From Nitrospinaceae bacterium (GTDB lineage: Bacteria > UBA8248): a stretch of 64,000 bases of DNA. The translations under genes and the position numbers were made by a program. Numbering within the stretch: position 1 is the stretch's first letter; each line of letters starts with the position of its first letter. Positions 10,012 through 19,839 of the stretch are shown one piece after another. The notes under the pieces were generated by a model, which did no database searches, was not told where the DNA came from, and worked only from the letters and a program-made list of their open reading frames with translations. The stretch is taken from contig JABJAL010000020.1 in the NCBI GenBank assembly GCA_018669005.1, positions 3,117 to 67,116 on the forward strand, written 5' to 3'.

Positions 10012-10785
10012 GTGAGCCCAATTCCTGAAAACTTTAAAAAGCTACATCAAGGGGAGGAATTTCTTAGAACGAAGACCTATGAAGCGATTGAAGCAGACGA
10101 AGACTTATCAAGACATGTAGCTGTCACTGAAAGAATCATGGATTTCTTAAACGTTTTATCGGCAAAACCTCCTTCCAAAGAAGATGAAGATACAAAGGCC
10201 GTCCGACTTCTCGGAATGCGTTTGTTTAACGGCTGCGCGGCTGCACTTCAACTCATCGTAACCGGCTACTACCAAAACGCAGCGATGATAATGCGGGATC
10301 TACTTGAGACAGTATTCTTACTGGGATTTTTGGGCCTTGACCGCACTAAAATTTCGGAATGGCGAACTGCTGACGATGCCACCCGAAAAAAAGTATTTGC
10401 TCCAATTAAAATTCGCACTGCACTCGATGAAAATGACGGCTTTACTGGAAAAAAACGCGCCGAAGCCTACAATATCCTTAGCGAACTCGCCTCTCATCCG
10501 ACTTACAAAGGATTTCGGATGCTTGCTCCTAAGGGATCGGAGCATCACTGTGGGCCGTTCTTCGATTTTTCCGTTTTAAAACCCCTGATCGAGCAATTGG
10601 CGAGCCTAGCCGTTCAGGCCGGGGCAAATATCAATCCTTTAATTGAGGATGAGACGAAAGAAATCGCGATGGCTAGCGTCGATTGCATAGAAGTCTCCGG
10701 GGAATGGTTCGAGCGCTACTTTGAGGTTCCTTTCGACCGAAAAAAAATTAAGGAAATGAAGGCACTGCTTAATCAGCGGGAATAA
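10012..10785 (+). CDS. Hypothetical protein (AT-richer; possibly DUF5677/HEPN-like)
   Basis: 257-aa ORF; MRDLLE...YNILSELASHP helical pattern. Confidence 0.6.
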   Translation: MSPIPENFKKLHQGEEFLRTKTYEAIEADEDLSRHVAVTERIMDFLNVLSAKPPSKEDEDTKAVRLLGMRLFNGCAAALQLIVTGYYQNAAMIMRDLLETVFLLGFLGLDRTKISEWRTADDATRKKVFAPIKIRTALDENDGFTGKKRAEAYNILSELASHPTYKGFRMLAPKGSEHHCGPFFDFSVLKPLIEQLASLAVQAGANINPLIEDETKEIAMASVDCIEVSGEWFERYFEVPFDRKKIKEMKALLNQRE

Positions 10786-10803
10786 AGGCACACAAATAAA
10801 ACC

Positions 10804-12051
10804 CTACTTCTTCCCGGCCATCCAGCTGTTGCGCGCTTCCATGAAGGCATCAACATTCGCGGGGATGCGCCCAAGTTCACCAAGCGCCTCGCCCGTCACC
10901 TCGGGGGCGTTCTTACCGGTGCCGGTGCCGATGCAGACTACGGTTTCATCGCGCTCGACCTTGGTTTTTCGCGCGCCTGAAAAAAGACTCGCCACACCTG
11001 CGGCAGACGCAGGCTGGAGGAAAAGACCTTCCTTTGCGCCAATCATGAACTCGGCCTGGAGGTTCATCTCGTCGGTCACCTCGACACCCTCGCCCTCGCT
11101 CTTTCTCACGATGTCCGCCACCCGGTCGCCACAAGCGGGCGCAGGGCTGGTGAGGCCGGCGGATTTCGTCGTGGGCGGCCCCCAGGGCTCGACCTTGCCG
11201 CCCGACTCCAATGCCCGGAGGATGGGCGCGCAGCCGTCGGTCTGCACGATGTCGATGCGCGGCATCCGATCGATCCAGCCAAGCTCGAAGATTTCTTTAA
11301 AGCCCTGCTCCATGGCGAGGGTCATCGTGCCGCCCGCCGTGGGGCAAATGACCCTATCAGGGGCCTGCCAGCCGAGCGCCTCGGCAATCTCAAACGCCGC
11401 CGTTTTTTTGCCTTCAACCCGGTAGAGATTTCGGGGCAGTGTGGCGTGAAGCGCACCCAATTCTTTTGAGGCCTCCTCGGCCAGCCGCGCGCCGTCCCTC
11501 ATATCGCCCTCGGCGATGAGTGTGAGCGAGCCATAGGCCCCCACCTGAACGCAGTGGACCATCGAGCTGTCGTCGCGCACGAGGCCGATGTACTCAAGCC
11601 CCCCCTTGGCACAATAGGCGGCAAAACACGCCGCCGCATTGCCCGATGAGGCGAGAATAATCTGCTCCACCCCCACCTCACGGCATTTACTGATCGTCAC
11701 CGAGCCGCCCCGGTCCTTGAACGAGCCTGTCGGGTTGCGGGATTCATCGAGAATGAATAGGCGATCGAGACCCAGCTCGGCCCCTAACCGCTCGGCATGG
11801 AGCAGCGGGGTATCTCCCTCGTGGAGCGAGACCACATTCTTCGGATCGCGCACCGGCAGAAGCTCGGACCAGCGCCAAATTCCCTTCGGGCGGCGGGCCA
11901 CCTCGTCGCGATCCACATTGGCGCCAATCCATTGGAGGTCATAGAGACCCTGAAGGGCTCCGCCCGTCTCGGGGCAGGTGAAGGGGTGCTCCAGGTCGTC
12001 CACCAGTTTTCCGGTCTCAAGGCTCTTATGCCCTTTTAGCGCGCTGAACAA
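10804..12051 (-). CDS. Threonine synthase-like PLP enzyme (fold type II)
   Basis: SLHEGDTPL, NPTGSFKDRG, SSGNA, EGKKT, PTAGG. Confidence 0.88.
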   Translation of the reverse strand: MFSALKGHKSLETGKLVDDLEHPFTCPETGGALQGLYDLQWIGANVDRDEVARRPKGIWRWSELLPVRDPKNVVSLHEGDTPLLHAERLGAELGLDRLFILDESRNPTGSFKDRGGSVTISKCREVGVEQIILASSGNAAACFAAYCAKGGLEYIGLVRDDSSMVHCVQVGAYGSLTLIAEGDMRDGARLAEEASKELGALHATLPRNLYRVEGKKTAAFEIAEALGWQAPDRVICPTAGGTMTLAMEQGFKEIFELGWIDRMPRIDIVQTDGCAPILRALESGGKVEPWGPPTTKSAGLTSPAPACGDRVADIVRKSEGEGVEVTDEMNLQAEFMIGAKEGLFLQPASAAGVASLFSGARKTKVERDETVVCIGTGTGKNAPEVTGEALGELGRIPANVDAFMEARNSWMAGKK

Positions 12052-12117
12052 TTTTTTTCTCTCTTTCGGGTTTTAAGTTTCGAACTAAAGATTTCAGGAT
12101 AGGGGTTACTAAAACTG

Positions 12118-13080
12118 CTACACATCTTCTGTAACAACGTTCTGGGGCGCACCTTTGAGGAACGCCTCGATATTGTCTACCGGCAAGGAAATAAACCGAC
12201 CCACCGTGCCATCGGTGTTCCAGGCCGAATGAGGCGAGAGCACGACGTTATCGAGTGAGCGCCAGGGCGAGTCTACGGGGAGCGGCTCGTCGGGCTCGAA
12301 TACATCGACGCCTGCGCCAGCAATTTTATTTTCGCGCAACGCCTCGATCAGCGCCCCCTCGTCCACCAGTGCCGCACGCGAGGTGTTGATGAAATAGGCA
12401 TGCGACTTCATCTTCGCTATCGCCTCGCGCGAAATGATTCCCCGCGTACCATCGTTGACATGGAGGTGGGCGGAAACAAAATCCGCAGCAAGACATTCAT
12501 CGAAGCTCACCGACTCGGCTCCCCACTCAGCGGCCCGCTCAGGGGTCATTGAGCGCGACCAGACGATAGGCCGCATTCCCAGCCCTGCCGCCTTGCGGCT
12601 CACCTTGGTGCCAATGTGGCCAAAGCCCAGGAGCCCTATCGTCTTGCCCTCAATCTCGGTGCCGTCGGCGCGGGGCCACTCGCCTGCCCGCATGCCGGGC
12701 ATGAGAACCGGCAGGCGCTTGGCCAGCGCGAGGACCATCATGATCGTGTGCTCGGCAATAGATACGCTACTTGCACCGGGGACACACGAGACGGTAACGC
12801 CTTTTGCATTGGCCACCTTCATGTTGACCTGCCTGGGCCTGGTGCCCATGACAGCAATCATCTTGAGGTCCGGCATGTGCTCAAGAAGATCTGTGGTTTT
12901 AAAATCAGTCTGATAGCGCGTGGTGATGATAATTTCGGCATCGCCCAGGCGCTCAAGCAAGGCTTCTCTATCCGGCGCGTTGTCCTCGTAGTGGCGCACA
13001 TCACCCAAGCCTTTAAGTCTTTCGAGCTGTGCAGTGCCGGTGAAGAGACTAAAATTGTCGTCTGGGATTACAATTCTCAT
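12118..13080 (-). CDS. D-2-hydroxyacid dehydrogenase family protein
   Basis: GLLGFGHIG, INTSRAALVDE, DVFEPDEP, LSPHSAW. Confidence 0.92.
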   Translation of the reverse strand: MRIVIPDDNFSLFTGTAQLERLKGLGDVRHYEDNAPDREALLERLGDAEIIITTRYQTDFKTTDLLEHMPDLKMIAVMGTRPRQVNMKVANAKGVTVSCVPGASSVSIAEHTIMMVLALAKRLPVLMPGMRAGEWPRADGTEIEGKTIGLLGFGHIGTKVSRKAAGLGMRPIVWSRSMTPERAAEWGAESVSFDECLAADFVSAHLHVNDGTRGIISREAIAKMKSHAYFINTSRAALVDEGALIEALRENKIAGAGVDVFEPDEPLPVDSPWRSLDNVVLSPHSAWNTDGTVGRFISLPVDNIEAFLKGAPQNVVTEDV

Positions 13081-13091
13081 GGGATAAAGTT

Positions 13092-13481
13092 CTACCTCTC
13101 ACTGTCGCGAACGGAAATGACAGACTCGGGCTCAATGGCGAGCCGCACCTTTGAGCCGGCCGTGAAGTAGTTGGCGGGATCGCCCCCGACGCGAAGCTCC
13201 TCATCAAGACCCGGCACTTTCACCAGATAGTCCGCCACGCTCCCGAGGAAGTAGGCGCGCGAAACATCACCGGCAATGATCTGAAGCACGTCATTAATGA
13301 AGATCATCGGCGGGGCAATGGGCCCGCCAAACGTGGAATCCGACTCATACCAATCTCGACTGGCCTCGACCCCCTCGAGGTGGGCCGCCACCATTTCGGG
13401 CAAGACGGTAATATCTCGCTCGCCCGCGACCATACCCACCTTGATGCTCTCCCACTTGAATTCCGGTTTTTCACTGGCCAT
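13092..13481 (-). CDS. Apparent chimera: MaoC/hotdog-like N-terminus fused to ABC-ATPase TOBE-like C-terminus
   Basis: N-half ...WY...FGGPIAPPM; C-half GDVSRAYFLGSVADYLVKV...LRV...GSKVRLAIEP. Confidence 0.5.
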   Translation of the reverse strand: MASEKPEFKWESIKVGMVAGERDITVLPEMVAAHLEGVEASRDWYESDSTFGGPIAPPMIFINDVLQIIAGDVSRAYFLGSVADYLVKVPGLDEELRVGGDPANYFTAGSKVRLAIEPESVISVRDSER

Positions 13482-13690
13482 ATGGGTATCTTCTCATAGA
13501 TTAAATCTCCTTCCATTTACAAACAGCCGCCTATGCCCAGATATTTAACAAATCCTTAGATTCAAATGATACCTTTCCTCGAAAGTTCGAAAAGAATTTA
13601 TAATGATAATTAACAAGAAACCAAACAAAAATATTAAATATATTTTTATCTTAATTTCAAATCTCACCCGCTTTCATTATTTTAATTTTT

Positions 13691-13707
13691 TGTGATTTCG
13701 ATCTCTT
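13691..13707. promoter_or_regulatory. CRP/FNR-family-like site TGTGA-N6-TCTCT
   Basis: TGTGATTTCGATCTCTT in an AT-rich intergenic region; 14/17 identical to 38705..38721. Confidence 0.4.
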
Positions 13708-13895
13708 GATACTCCTCTTCTAAGTCGTTAAAGTTTCAAGGGAAAACTTAGCTATTTAAAGTATTTAAGTAAAAATGACGAAACATTATAGAGAATTTAA
13801 TTTCAATTCTAATATATTCATTAGGGTACATTATTGGGATAACCCATTAATACATACCTCGCCATGATGTGGGGCCTCACCTGAGATAGAGAGGA

Positions 13896-16800
13896 ATGCA
13901 TAGCCGCCGAATCACAAGAAAACTCACAGGTTTTTTAGTATGTAGCATTTTGGCGCTTGGTGTATCGAATGCCAACGCGGCCAACAATGCTGCGGACTTA
14001 GCGATGGAGCTGGCCAAGGCGCTCAAAGTGTCGGCGGCCAATGCCCCAGCTGCGCTTAAAGCACTACAGGGACGAGGCATCATACCTGTCGAGGTTTTTT
14101 CAGGCGATCCGGTTACCTCCAACGTGGCGCAGACAATCGCCACTGGTCTAATTAAATCAGGCATCAAACCCCCGGAGGCGGCAAAAACGCTAGCCGCCGC
14201 CGCCGCTGCCGCATCAGTCCCCCTCCAGGATGCGGTGCAGGGTGCCGTCAAGGCCGCCATTGCTGCGGGGGCCGATGTCGCCGCCGTGACAAAGGCTGCC
14301 TCCGAGGGTGCCGTCAAGGGCTCAACGGCCCAGGTCTCAGGCCCTATGACCAAGGGCAGATATATCAAACGAAACTTTCTCAACAAGGACACGCGCTCTG
14401 ACGCCGCCGCCGCCTACGTTCCCAAGGGCAAGGCAAATTTTGAAGCTGTGGTGGCGGAAATTGCAGCCAAGGGAGAGAATAGCTTTGCTGGCAGCAAGGC
14501 CTCAGATCCCCTCACACGCGCCGACTTCCTGACCTTGAGATACCTTCAGGTAGGCGGCAAACCGGGCGCGGTCATCGGCGATAAAAAACGCCTCCTCAAG
14601 AAAAAAGGACTCATCGCCTCCGAGGACATCGGACAGGTCAAATCATTCCAGGGCGATGCTACCCTCACGCACCCCGGCTCAGAAAAATCAATCAAGATCA
14701 CGGGCAACGAGGCGATTCTCTATAAGGATGTAGGAGAAACTGAGCTCGACGCACGAATCGAACTGCTCTTCGACGATGGCAGCACACTCACCATCAGTGA
14801 GGACACAGCGCTCACCATCGACGAAATGATCTACAATCCGAAGACCAAATACCGCTCGATCAAGCTGCGAGTGAAGTCGGGAACAATTCACGTTAAGACG
14901 GCGAAGAACAGCAACCCGAAATCGAAATTCTCAATTGTCACACCGACCGTCGTTGCCGGACTCCGGGGAACAGACGTTTACATGAACGTCACCCCCACCG
15001 GCGCATCACGGGTCACTTCGAACACAGGCGCGAACGCGGGTAACGTTGTCATGCGAGCCGCCACCGTTTCCGACCGACCGCCACCAGCGACGACGCCAAC
15101 CCCTGGCACACCCCCGCTTGCAGCCACCCCGGCCCAGGCGCCGCCAGGGGTCACGGTCACCCCCGGCAACGGCTCCAGCGCCGCACCCGGCGCGACAACC
15201 GCCTCGCCCCCCGCGCCGCCCACCCCGGCGCAGAATCAGGCCGACGCCGCCGCGACAACCATTACAAATCCCGGCACGCCTCAGGCCGTATCGGTGGCAG
15301 GTGATGCCGCCGGGTCTGCTGCGCTAGCCGCAGCGAGCGGTGCCGTGCAGGCCGCCCAGGCGGCAGGCGTGAACGTTGGTCCTGTCGCTAATGCCGCTGC
15401 CCAAGGTGCGATGACAGGCGCGCAAGCCGCTGGCGCGGGTGGTGCCGCCGGTATCATCGCCAACGCATCCGCGAACGGCGCGGTCTCCGGCGCGCAAGTC
15501 TCAGGCGCCAACGTGGCAGCCGCCGCTAACGCCTCATCTCAAGGCTCGATTCAGGGCGCCCAAGCAGTAGGTGCGAACGCCAACGCCGCAGCCGCGGGCG
15601 CAAGCAACGGGGCCGTCCTCGGCGCACAGTCCTCCGGCGCCAACATGGCCGCCGTCGCCAACGCTTCCGCGCAGGGCGCGATGCAGGCGGCGCAATCCTC
15701 GGGCGCGAATTTGGCCGCCATCGCCAATGCCTCCGCGCAGGGCGCGATGCAGGGCGCCGAGGTCTCGGGCGCCAACGCAAGTGCCGTCGCGAATGCTGCG
15801 GCCCAGGGCTCGATGCAGGCCGCCGTCGCAGGTGGCTCGAACGTGGCAGCCATCGCCAACGCTACGGCGCAGGGCGTCGTTGCAGCGGCACAGGCCATGG
15901 GCGGCAACGCCGGAGCCATGTCACAAGCCGCATCAAGCGGCGCCATCGCGGCTGCCCAGGCAGCAGGCGCAAATGTAACCGTAATCGCCACCGCCGTCGC
16001 TTCAGGCGCCGTGGCATCCGCACAATTAAATAACGCCAACGTCGGGGCGATCGCCCAGGCGGCATCGTCAGGCGCGATGCAGGCCGCCTCACAGTTCGCT
16101 CCAGGCGCTCCTGGTGCCCCCGCGGGTGCGGCTAGCTTCGCGAGTGCTATCGCGAATGCGATGGCACAGGGTGCAATGGCCGGAGCGCAGGCAGGGGGCG
16201 CCAACATCGGCGCCGTCGCGCATGGAACCTCCGCCGGCAGCATCGCTGGTGCCCAAGCGGGCGGCATGGACGTTGGCAGCATCGCCCAGGCGATGTCCCA
16301 GGGCCTGACCCAGGGGGCCGGCGCGGCTAACGCTGGCGTCGTGGCTCAGGCCGCATTGACGGGGGCCGTGCAGGCCGCCGCCGCATCCGGCGCGAACGTG
16401 AACGCAATCGCCGCAGCGACATCGACCGGCTCCGTTCAGGCCGCCGCCGCTGCGGGAATCAACATTTCGGTAATAGTTCAGGCGTCATCGGCGGGCGTGG
16501 TATCGGGTGCCGCCTCCATCCAGCAGGCGCAGGCCCAGGGTCAGTCCCTTGCCGGGCTGTTTAGCGGCTCCACCGGAGCGGCTGGCGAACTCGGTGCCTC
16601 CGGTGCCCCCAATGTACCCGGTGCCCCCGGCGTACCCGGCGGACCGGGCGGTCCTCCCACGGCATTTACAATCAACACCACCGCCATCGCACAAGCAGCG
16701 ACTGGCGCAATGGTCCAGGCAATGATGCAGGCAGGACCAGGAGGTCCTGGTGGTCAAGGTGGACCAACGAATATAGCCGCTATCGTTCAAGCCGCCGCAC

Positions 16801-18164
16801 AGGGCGCGGCATCTGCGGCGGCATTTGCCGCAGCCGCAGGAGGCGGTCCGGGCGGTCCCGGTGGACCTGGCGGGCCGGGTAGTCCGGGCGGGCCGGGTGG
16901 ATTTGACGTTGCCTCGTTTGCCCAATCTATCGCCCAGGCGGGTGCTCAGGCATTTCAAGCAGGACCCGGCGGGCCGGGTGGTCCCGGCGGGCCAGTAAAT
17001 ATAGACATCGCCGCTATCACGAGTTCAGTAACCACTCAGACACAGGCGTTCGTCGCACAGGCCCAGGCGGCCGGTGCCTTCAGCGGTCCTGGTGGACCGG
17101 TTCCGGGTGGATTCGCCGGCCCACCACCACCAGGCACTAGCTTTGCCGGCCTTCCGGGAGATCCGGGCGGCGCTCCCGGCGAAGGCGGTGATCCCGGCGC
17201 CTTTATCGCACCTCCTCCTGGTGGCTTCGTCGGCCCTGCTCCCGACGGCTCGACATTTGTTCCGCTCGATTCCCTAGCGACGGACACCACCCTCATCAAT
17301 TTGATCATAGAGGGCGCCACTGCCGAGGAAATCGCTGCAAGCATCATCTCTGGGTCAGTAGGCGATAGCACACTCACCACCACTGTTCAGACAACTACGG
17401 TGGAGGCAGAAGAACCGCCGGTGATTCTCAGGGACTCCCTCGATCGGCAGATCGTGGGTGTTCTCCTCTCAACGGCGCCGGACGGCACCACCGCCGAGAT
17501 GTTCACCTATATATTCGTCAAGGACAGCAACGGGATTAGCACGGTAGATGTCAAAGTGACGGTGCCAAATTCCAACATTCCTATCCCTATTTTCCAAACC
17601 TTCCAGGCATTGGTTTTCCCGGAGGAGACATTTAAATTAGGCTCCCTCATGTCCGAAGACGTGCGGAAGGAGTTTTTCGAAAAAGATCTCACCAGTTCCC
17701 TGCTGGGAACGATTCCGACAACGGGCATTACCGGCACCTATAAATTTGAGGTCTTCGAGCCGAACACGTCCACCCCGAGCATTACGAGGACTGTGCTCTT
17801 CTCGGGCGTCGCGGCACTACTTCCGAATCCTTCGGCGCCGACCGTCTCGGGTTCGGGCACCACACCCACCATCATCGGCACCGCGCTGACATCGAGCCAG
17901 CTCACGGCCGTCGGAGCCTCGGCGGCGTACTACCAAATCATCGCCGAGAACATTACTACCGGAGCTATCGAGTTTATTTTCGACGGTGTGTCTGGACCCA
18001 CCATGGCAACCGCCACTCAGCTACAGTCCGGCATCCAGGTTCCCAGCGGTTTACTCATTAGCAGCAATAGCTACCGTTTCGCGGTCCTTGCATTTGATGC
18101 ATCAACTCTTTTGGGCGCAACAAGAACTTCCGAAAGCGCTGAAGCAAGCGCATTTACACCCTAA
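13896..18164 (+). CDS. Large exported FecR-domain protein with 22-aa Ala/Gly repeats and GPGG tracts
   Basis: GAGG RBS; signal peptide ending ANA; FecR domain (LFDDGSTLTISEDT...TPTVVAGLRGT, about 14628-15050); Pro/Thr linker; repeat array; Ser/Thr-rich C-terminal domain. Confidence 0.85.
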   Translation: MHSRRITRKLTGFLVCSILALGVSNANAANNAADLAMELAKALKVSAANAPAALKALQGRGIIPVEVFSGDPVTSNVAQTIATGLIKSGIKPPEAAKTLAAAAAAASVPLQDAVQGAVKAAIAAGADVAAVTKAASEGAVKGSTAQVSGPMTKGRYIKRNFLNKDTRSDAAAAYVPKGKANFEAVVAEIAAKGENSFAGSKASDPLTRADFLTLRYLQVGGKPGAVIGDKKRLLKKKGLIASEDIGQVKSFQGDATLTHPGSEKSIKITGNEAILYKDVGETELDARIELLFDDGSTLTISEDTALTIDEMIYNPKTKYRSIKLRVKSGTIHVKTAKNSNPKSKFSIVTPTVVAGLRGTDVYMNVTPTGASRVTSNTGANAGNVVMRAATVSDRPPPATTPTPGTPPLAATPAQAPPGVTVTPGNGSSAAPGATTASPPAPPTPAQNQADAAATTITNPGTPQAVSVAGDAAGSAALAAASGAVQAAQAAGVNVGPVANAAAQGAMTGAQAAGAGGAAGIIANASANGAVSGAQVSGANVAAAANASSQGSIQGAQAVGANANAAAAGASNGAVLGAQSSGANMAAVANASAQGAMQAAQSSGANLAAIANASAQGAMQGAEVSGANASAVANAAAQGSMQAAVAGGSNVAAIANATAQGVVAAAQAMGGNAGAMSQAASSGAIAAAQAAGANVTVIATAVASGAVASAQLNNANVGAIAQAASSGAMQAASQFAPGAPGAPAGAASFASAIANAMAQGAMAGAQAGGANIGAVAHGTSAGSIAGAQAGGMDVGSIAQAMSQGLTQGAGAANAGVVAQAALTGAVQAAAASGANVNAIAAATSTGSVQAAAAAGINISVIVQASSAGVVSGAASIQQAQAQGQSLAGLFSGSTGAAGELGASGAPNVPGAPGVPGGPGGPPTAFTINTTAIAQAATGAMVQAMMQAGPGGPGGQGGPTNIAAIVQAAAQGAASAAAFAAAAGGGPGGPGGPGGPGSPGGPGGFDVASFAQSIAQAGAQAFQAGPGGPGGPGGPVNIDIAAITSSVTTQTQAFVAQAQAAGAFSGPGGPVPGGFAGPPPPGTSFAGLPGDPGGAPGEGGDPGAFIAPPPGGFVGPAPDGSTFVPLDSLATDTTLINLIIEGATAEEIAASIISGSVGDSTLTTTVQTTTVEAEEPPVILRDSLDRQIVGVLLSTAPDGTTAEMFTYIFVKDSNGISTVDVKVTVPNSNIPIPIFQTFQALVFPEETFKLGSLMSEDVRKEFFEKDLTSSLLGTIPTTGITGTYKFEVFEPNTSTPSITRTVLFSGVAALLPNPSAPTVSGSGTTPTIIGTALTSSQLTAVGASAAYYQIIAENITTGAIEFIFDGVSGPTMATATQLQSGIQVPSGLLISSNSYRFAVLAFDASTLLGATRTSESAEASAFTP
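15345..16520 (+). repeat. Intragenic degenerate 66-nt (22-aa) tandem repeat, roughly 17 copies
   Basis: GAN codons recur at 15504, 15570, 15636...; consensus about GANVAAIANASAQGAMQAAQAS. Confidence 0.85.
16600..17240 (+). repeat. Intragenic (GPG/GPGG)n low-complexity tracts alternating with Ala/Gln helices
   Basis: GPGGPGGPGGPGSPGGPGG and three or more similar tracts in the translation. Confidence 0.85.
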
Positions 18165-18178
18165 CATTGATTGCATTT

Positions 18179-18233
18179 CGGCTCTCCTTCCTCCCGGCTT
18201 AGTTGCCAAGGGGCGGGGGGGCCGGTTTTTTTT
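18179..18233 (+). terminator. Putative intrinsic terminator after the FecR-repeat gene
   Basis: CGGCTCTCC...GGGGGGCCG long imperfect hairpin followed by T8. Confidence 0.6.
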
Positions 18234-18336
18234 GCCCATCGAGAAAACCACTTTCAATCACAAGGGGTGATTAAGTAGTATGGACAGGTACGATCGGCGC
18301 ACGCTAATAAAAACCACCCGCGGGAGAATAAGAAGC

Positions 18337-19827
18337 ATGACATCAACACTAAAATTACTCGCGATACAAATAATCTCTGCGGGATTAATCACAGCCCCCG
18401 TATTTGCGGCTACCGGGCCTCTCACAGAGGCGAAACAACTCGAGGCCCAGGCAACTAAACACCTAAACGCCAAGAACATAGACACCGCAATACCCCTCCT
18501 GCGCCGCGCTCTCGAGCTTCTCGAGAAAAAACTCGGCCCCGCACATCCCCGCCTGGCATCGACCCTTGGTAACTTGGCAATTGTTCAGCAAATGAAAGGG
18601 CGCAATGCCGAGGCGCTCTCGTTATTCAGCCGCGCACTCAAGATTCGCGAGAAAGCGCTGGGCGCCGAGCATCCAAAAGTCGCCGACACTCTCAACAACA
18701 TCGGCGGCTTTCTTCAATCGCAGGGCAAACAAAAAAAAGCGGCTGCCTTTTTCCGGCGTGCCCTCGCCATCCGAGAAAAAAAGCTTGGTCGCTACCATCT
18801 CAAAGTGGGTCGGAGCCTCAAGAAATTAGCCGACATCTACCGACTTCAACAAAAATACAGCCAGGCCGAGCCTCTCTACCGGCGAGCCCTCGCGGTTTTT
18901 GACAAAACCCTGCCCCCCGGGCACACCAAGATCACCGAAACCCTCGAGTTCCTGACATTGTCGATGTTTCCGCAACGAAAATTCCTGTCCGCAGAACCTC
19001 TTCTTAAGCGCCTGCTCGCCTTACAGGAAAAATATCTGGGCAAGGAGCACATCGTGATTTCCAAGACTCTCAATAATCTGGCCATCTCCCTGAGAATCAA
19101 GGGAAATCTGCCAGTCGCCGAGGGACTCCTTCGGCGCTCTTTGGCTATCGTTCAGAAAAACCTGGGGCCCAACAATCTCCATGTCGCAGTAGGTCTGAAT
19201 AATCTCGCTGATATCTATCAGATACAAGGCTTACTGCCGAAGGCCGAACTTCTCTATATCGCTTCCATGAAAATGCGGGAAAAAATTCTGGGCGACAGGA
19301 GCCCGCAAGTGCTTTTTTCCCTGAATAATCTTACCAGTCTCTACCTCAAGCAAAGAAAATATGACAAGGCTGAACCTATCCTGAAGCGGGTACTCGACAT
19401 TCACACAAAAACACTTGGGCCCAAGCACCCTCGCGTCGCCTCAAGCCTCGCCTTTTTAGGGAACCTTTACCTGCGCAAGGGCGAATTCGAAAAATCCGTG
19501 GCACATCATCAGCGTGCCCTTGAAATTCGCGAGAAGATATATGGCTCAGATCATCCCGAGGTGGCCAAGAGTCTTCATCAACTGGCAACCAGCTACATTT
19601 TTCAGGTTGACCCCGGCAAATTCCGCGAGGCGGCAGATTTACTAAAACGAGCGCTGCGTATCCGGCAGAAAAAATTCAGCAAGAACCACCCGGCCATCGC
19701 TCTAACTCTCGAATCCTTAGCCCTTCTCTACAAAACCAACGAGAGGGACGGAAAACGATTTTCGGAAAGAGCCAAAATTATCCGGAGTAATATCAAGAAG
19801 AACAAAAAGAAAAAAACAAAACGCTAA
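18337..19827 (+). CDS. Exported 42-aa-period TPR protein (kinesin light chain-like TPR)
   Basis: GGGAGA RBS, signal peptide ending VFA; about 10 repeats LG..HP.VA.SL.NLA..Y..QG....A..L..RAL.I.EK; Lys-rich tail. Confidence 0.88.
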   Translation: MTSTLKLLAIQIISAGLITAPVFAATGPLTEAKQLEAQATKHLNAKNIDTAIPLLRRALELLEKKLGPAHPRLASTLGNLAIVQQMKGRNAEALSLFSRALKIREKALGAEHPKVADTLNNIGGFLQSQGKQKKAAAFFRRALAIREKKLGRYHLKVGRSLKKLADIYRLQQKYSQAEPLYRRALAVFDKTLPPGHTKITETLEFLTLSMFPQRKFLSAEPLLKRLLALQEKYLGKEHIVISKTLNNLAISLRIKGNLPVAEGLLRRSLAIVQKNLGPNNLHVAVGLNNLADIYQIQGLLPKAELLYIASMKMREKILGDRSPQVLFSLNNLTSLYLKQRKYDKAEPILKRVLDIHTKTLGPKHPRVASSLAFLGNLYLRKGEFEKSVAHHQRALEIREKIYGSDHPEVAKSLHQLATSYIFQVDPGKFREAADLLKRALRIRQKKFSKNHPAIALTLESLALLYKTNERDGKRFSERAKIIRSNIKKNKKKKTKR

Positions 19828-19839
19828 ACGCCCTACCCA

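Noticed and set aside
15551..16282. 243-aa repetitive minus-strand ORF
   Set aside because: By-product of the Ala/Gly codon repeats on the plus strand.
16600..17240. Collagen-like triple helix
   Set aside because: Tracts are short GPG/GPGG runs interrupted by helical segments, not long Gly-X-Y arrays.
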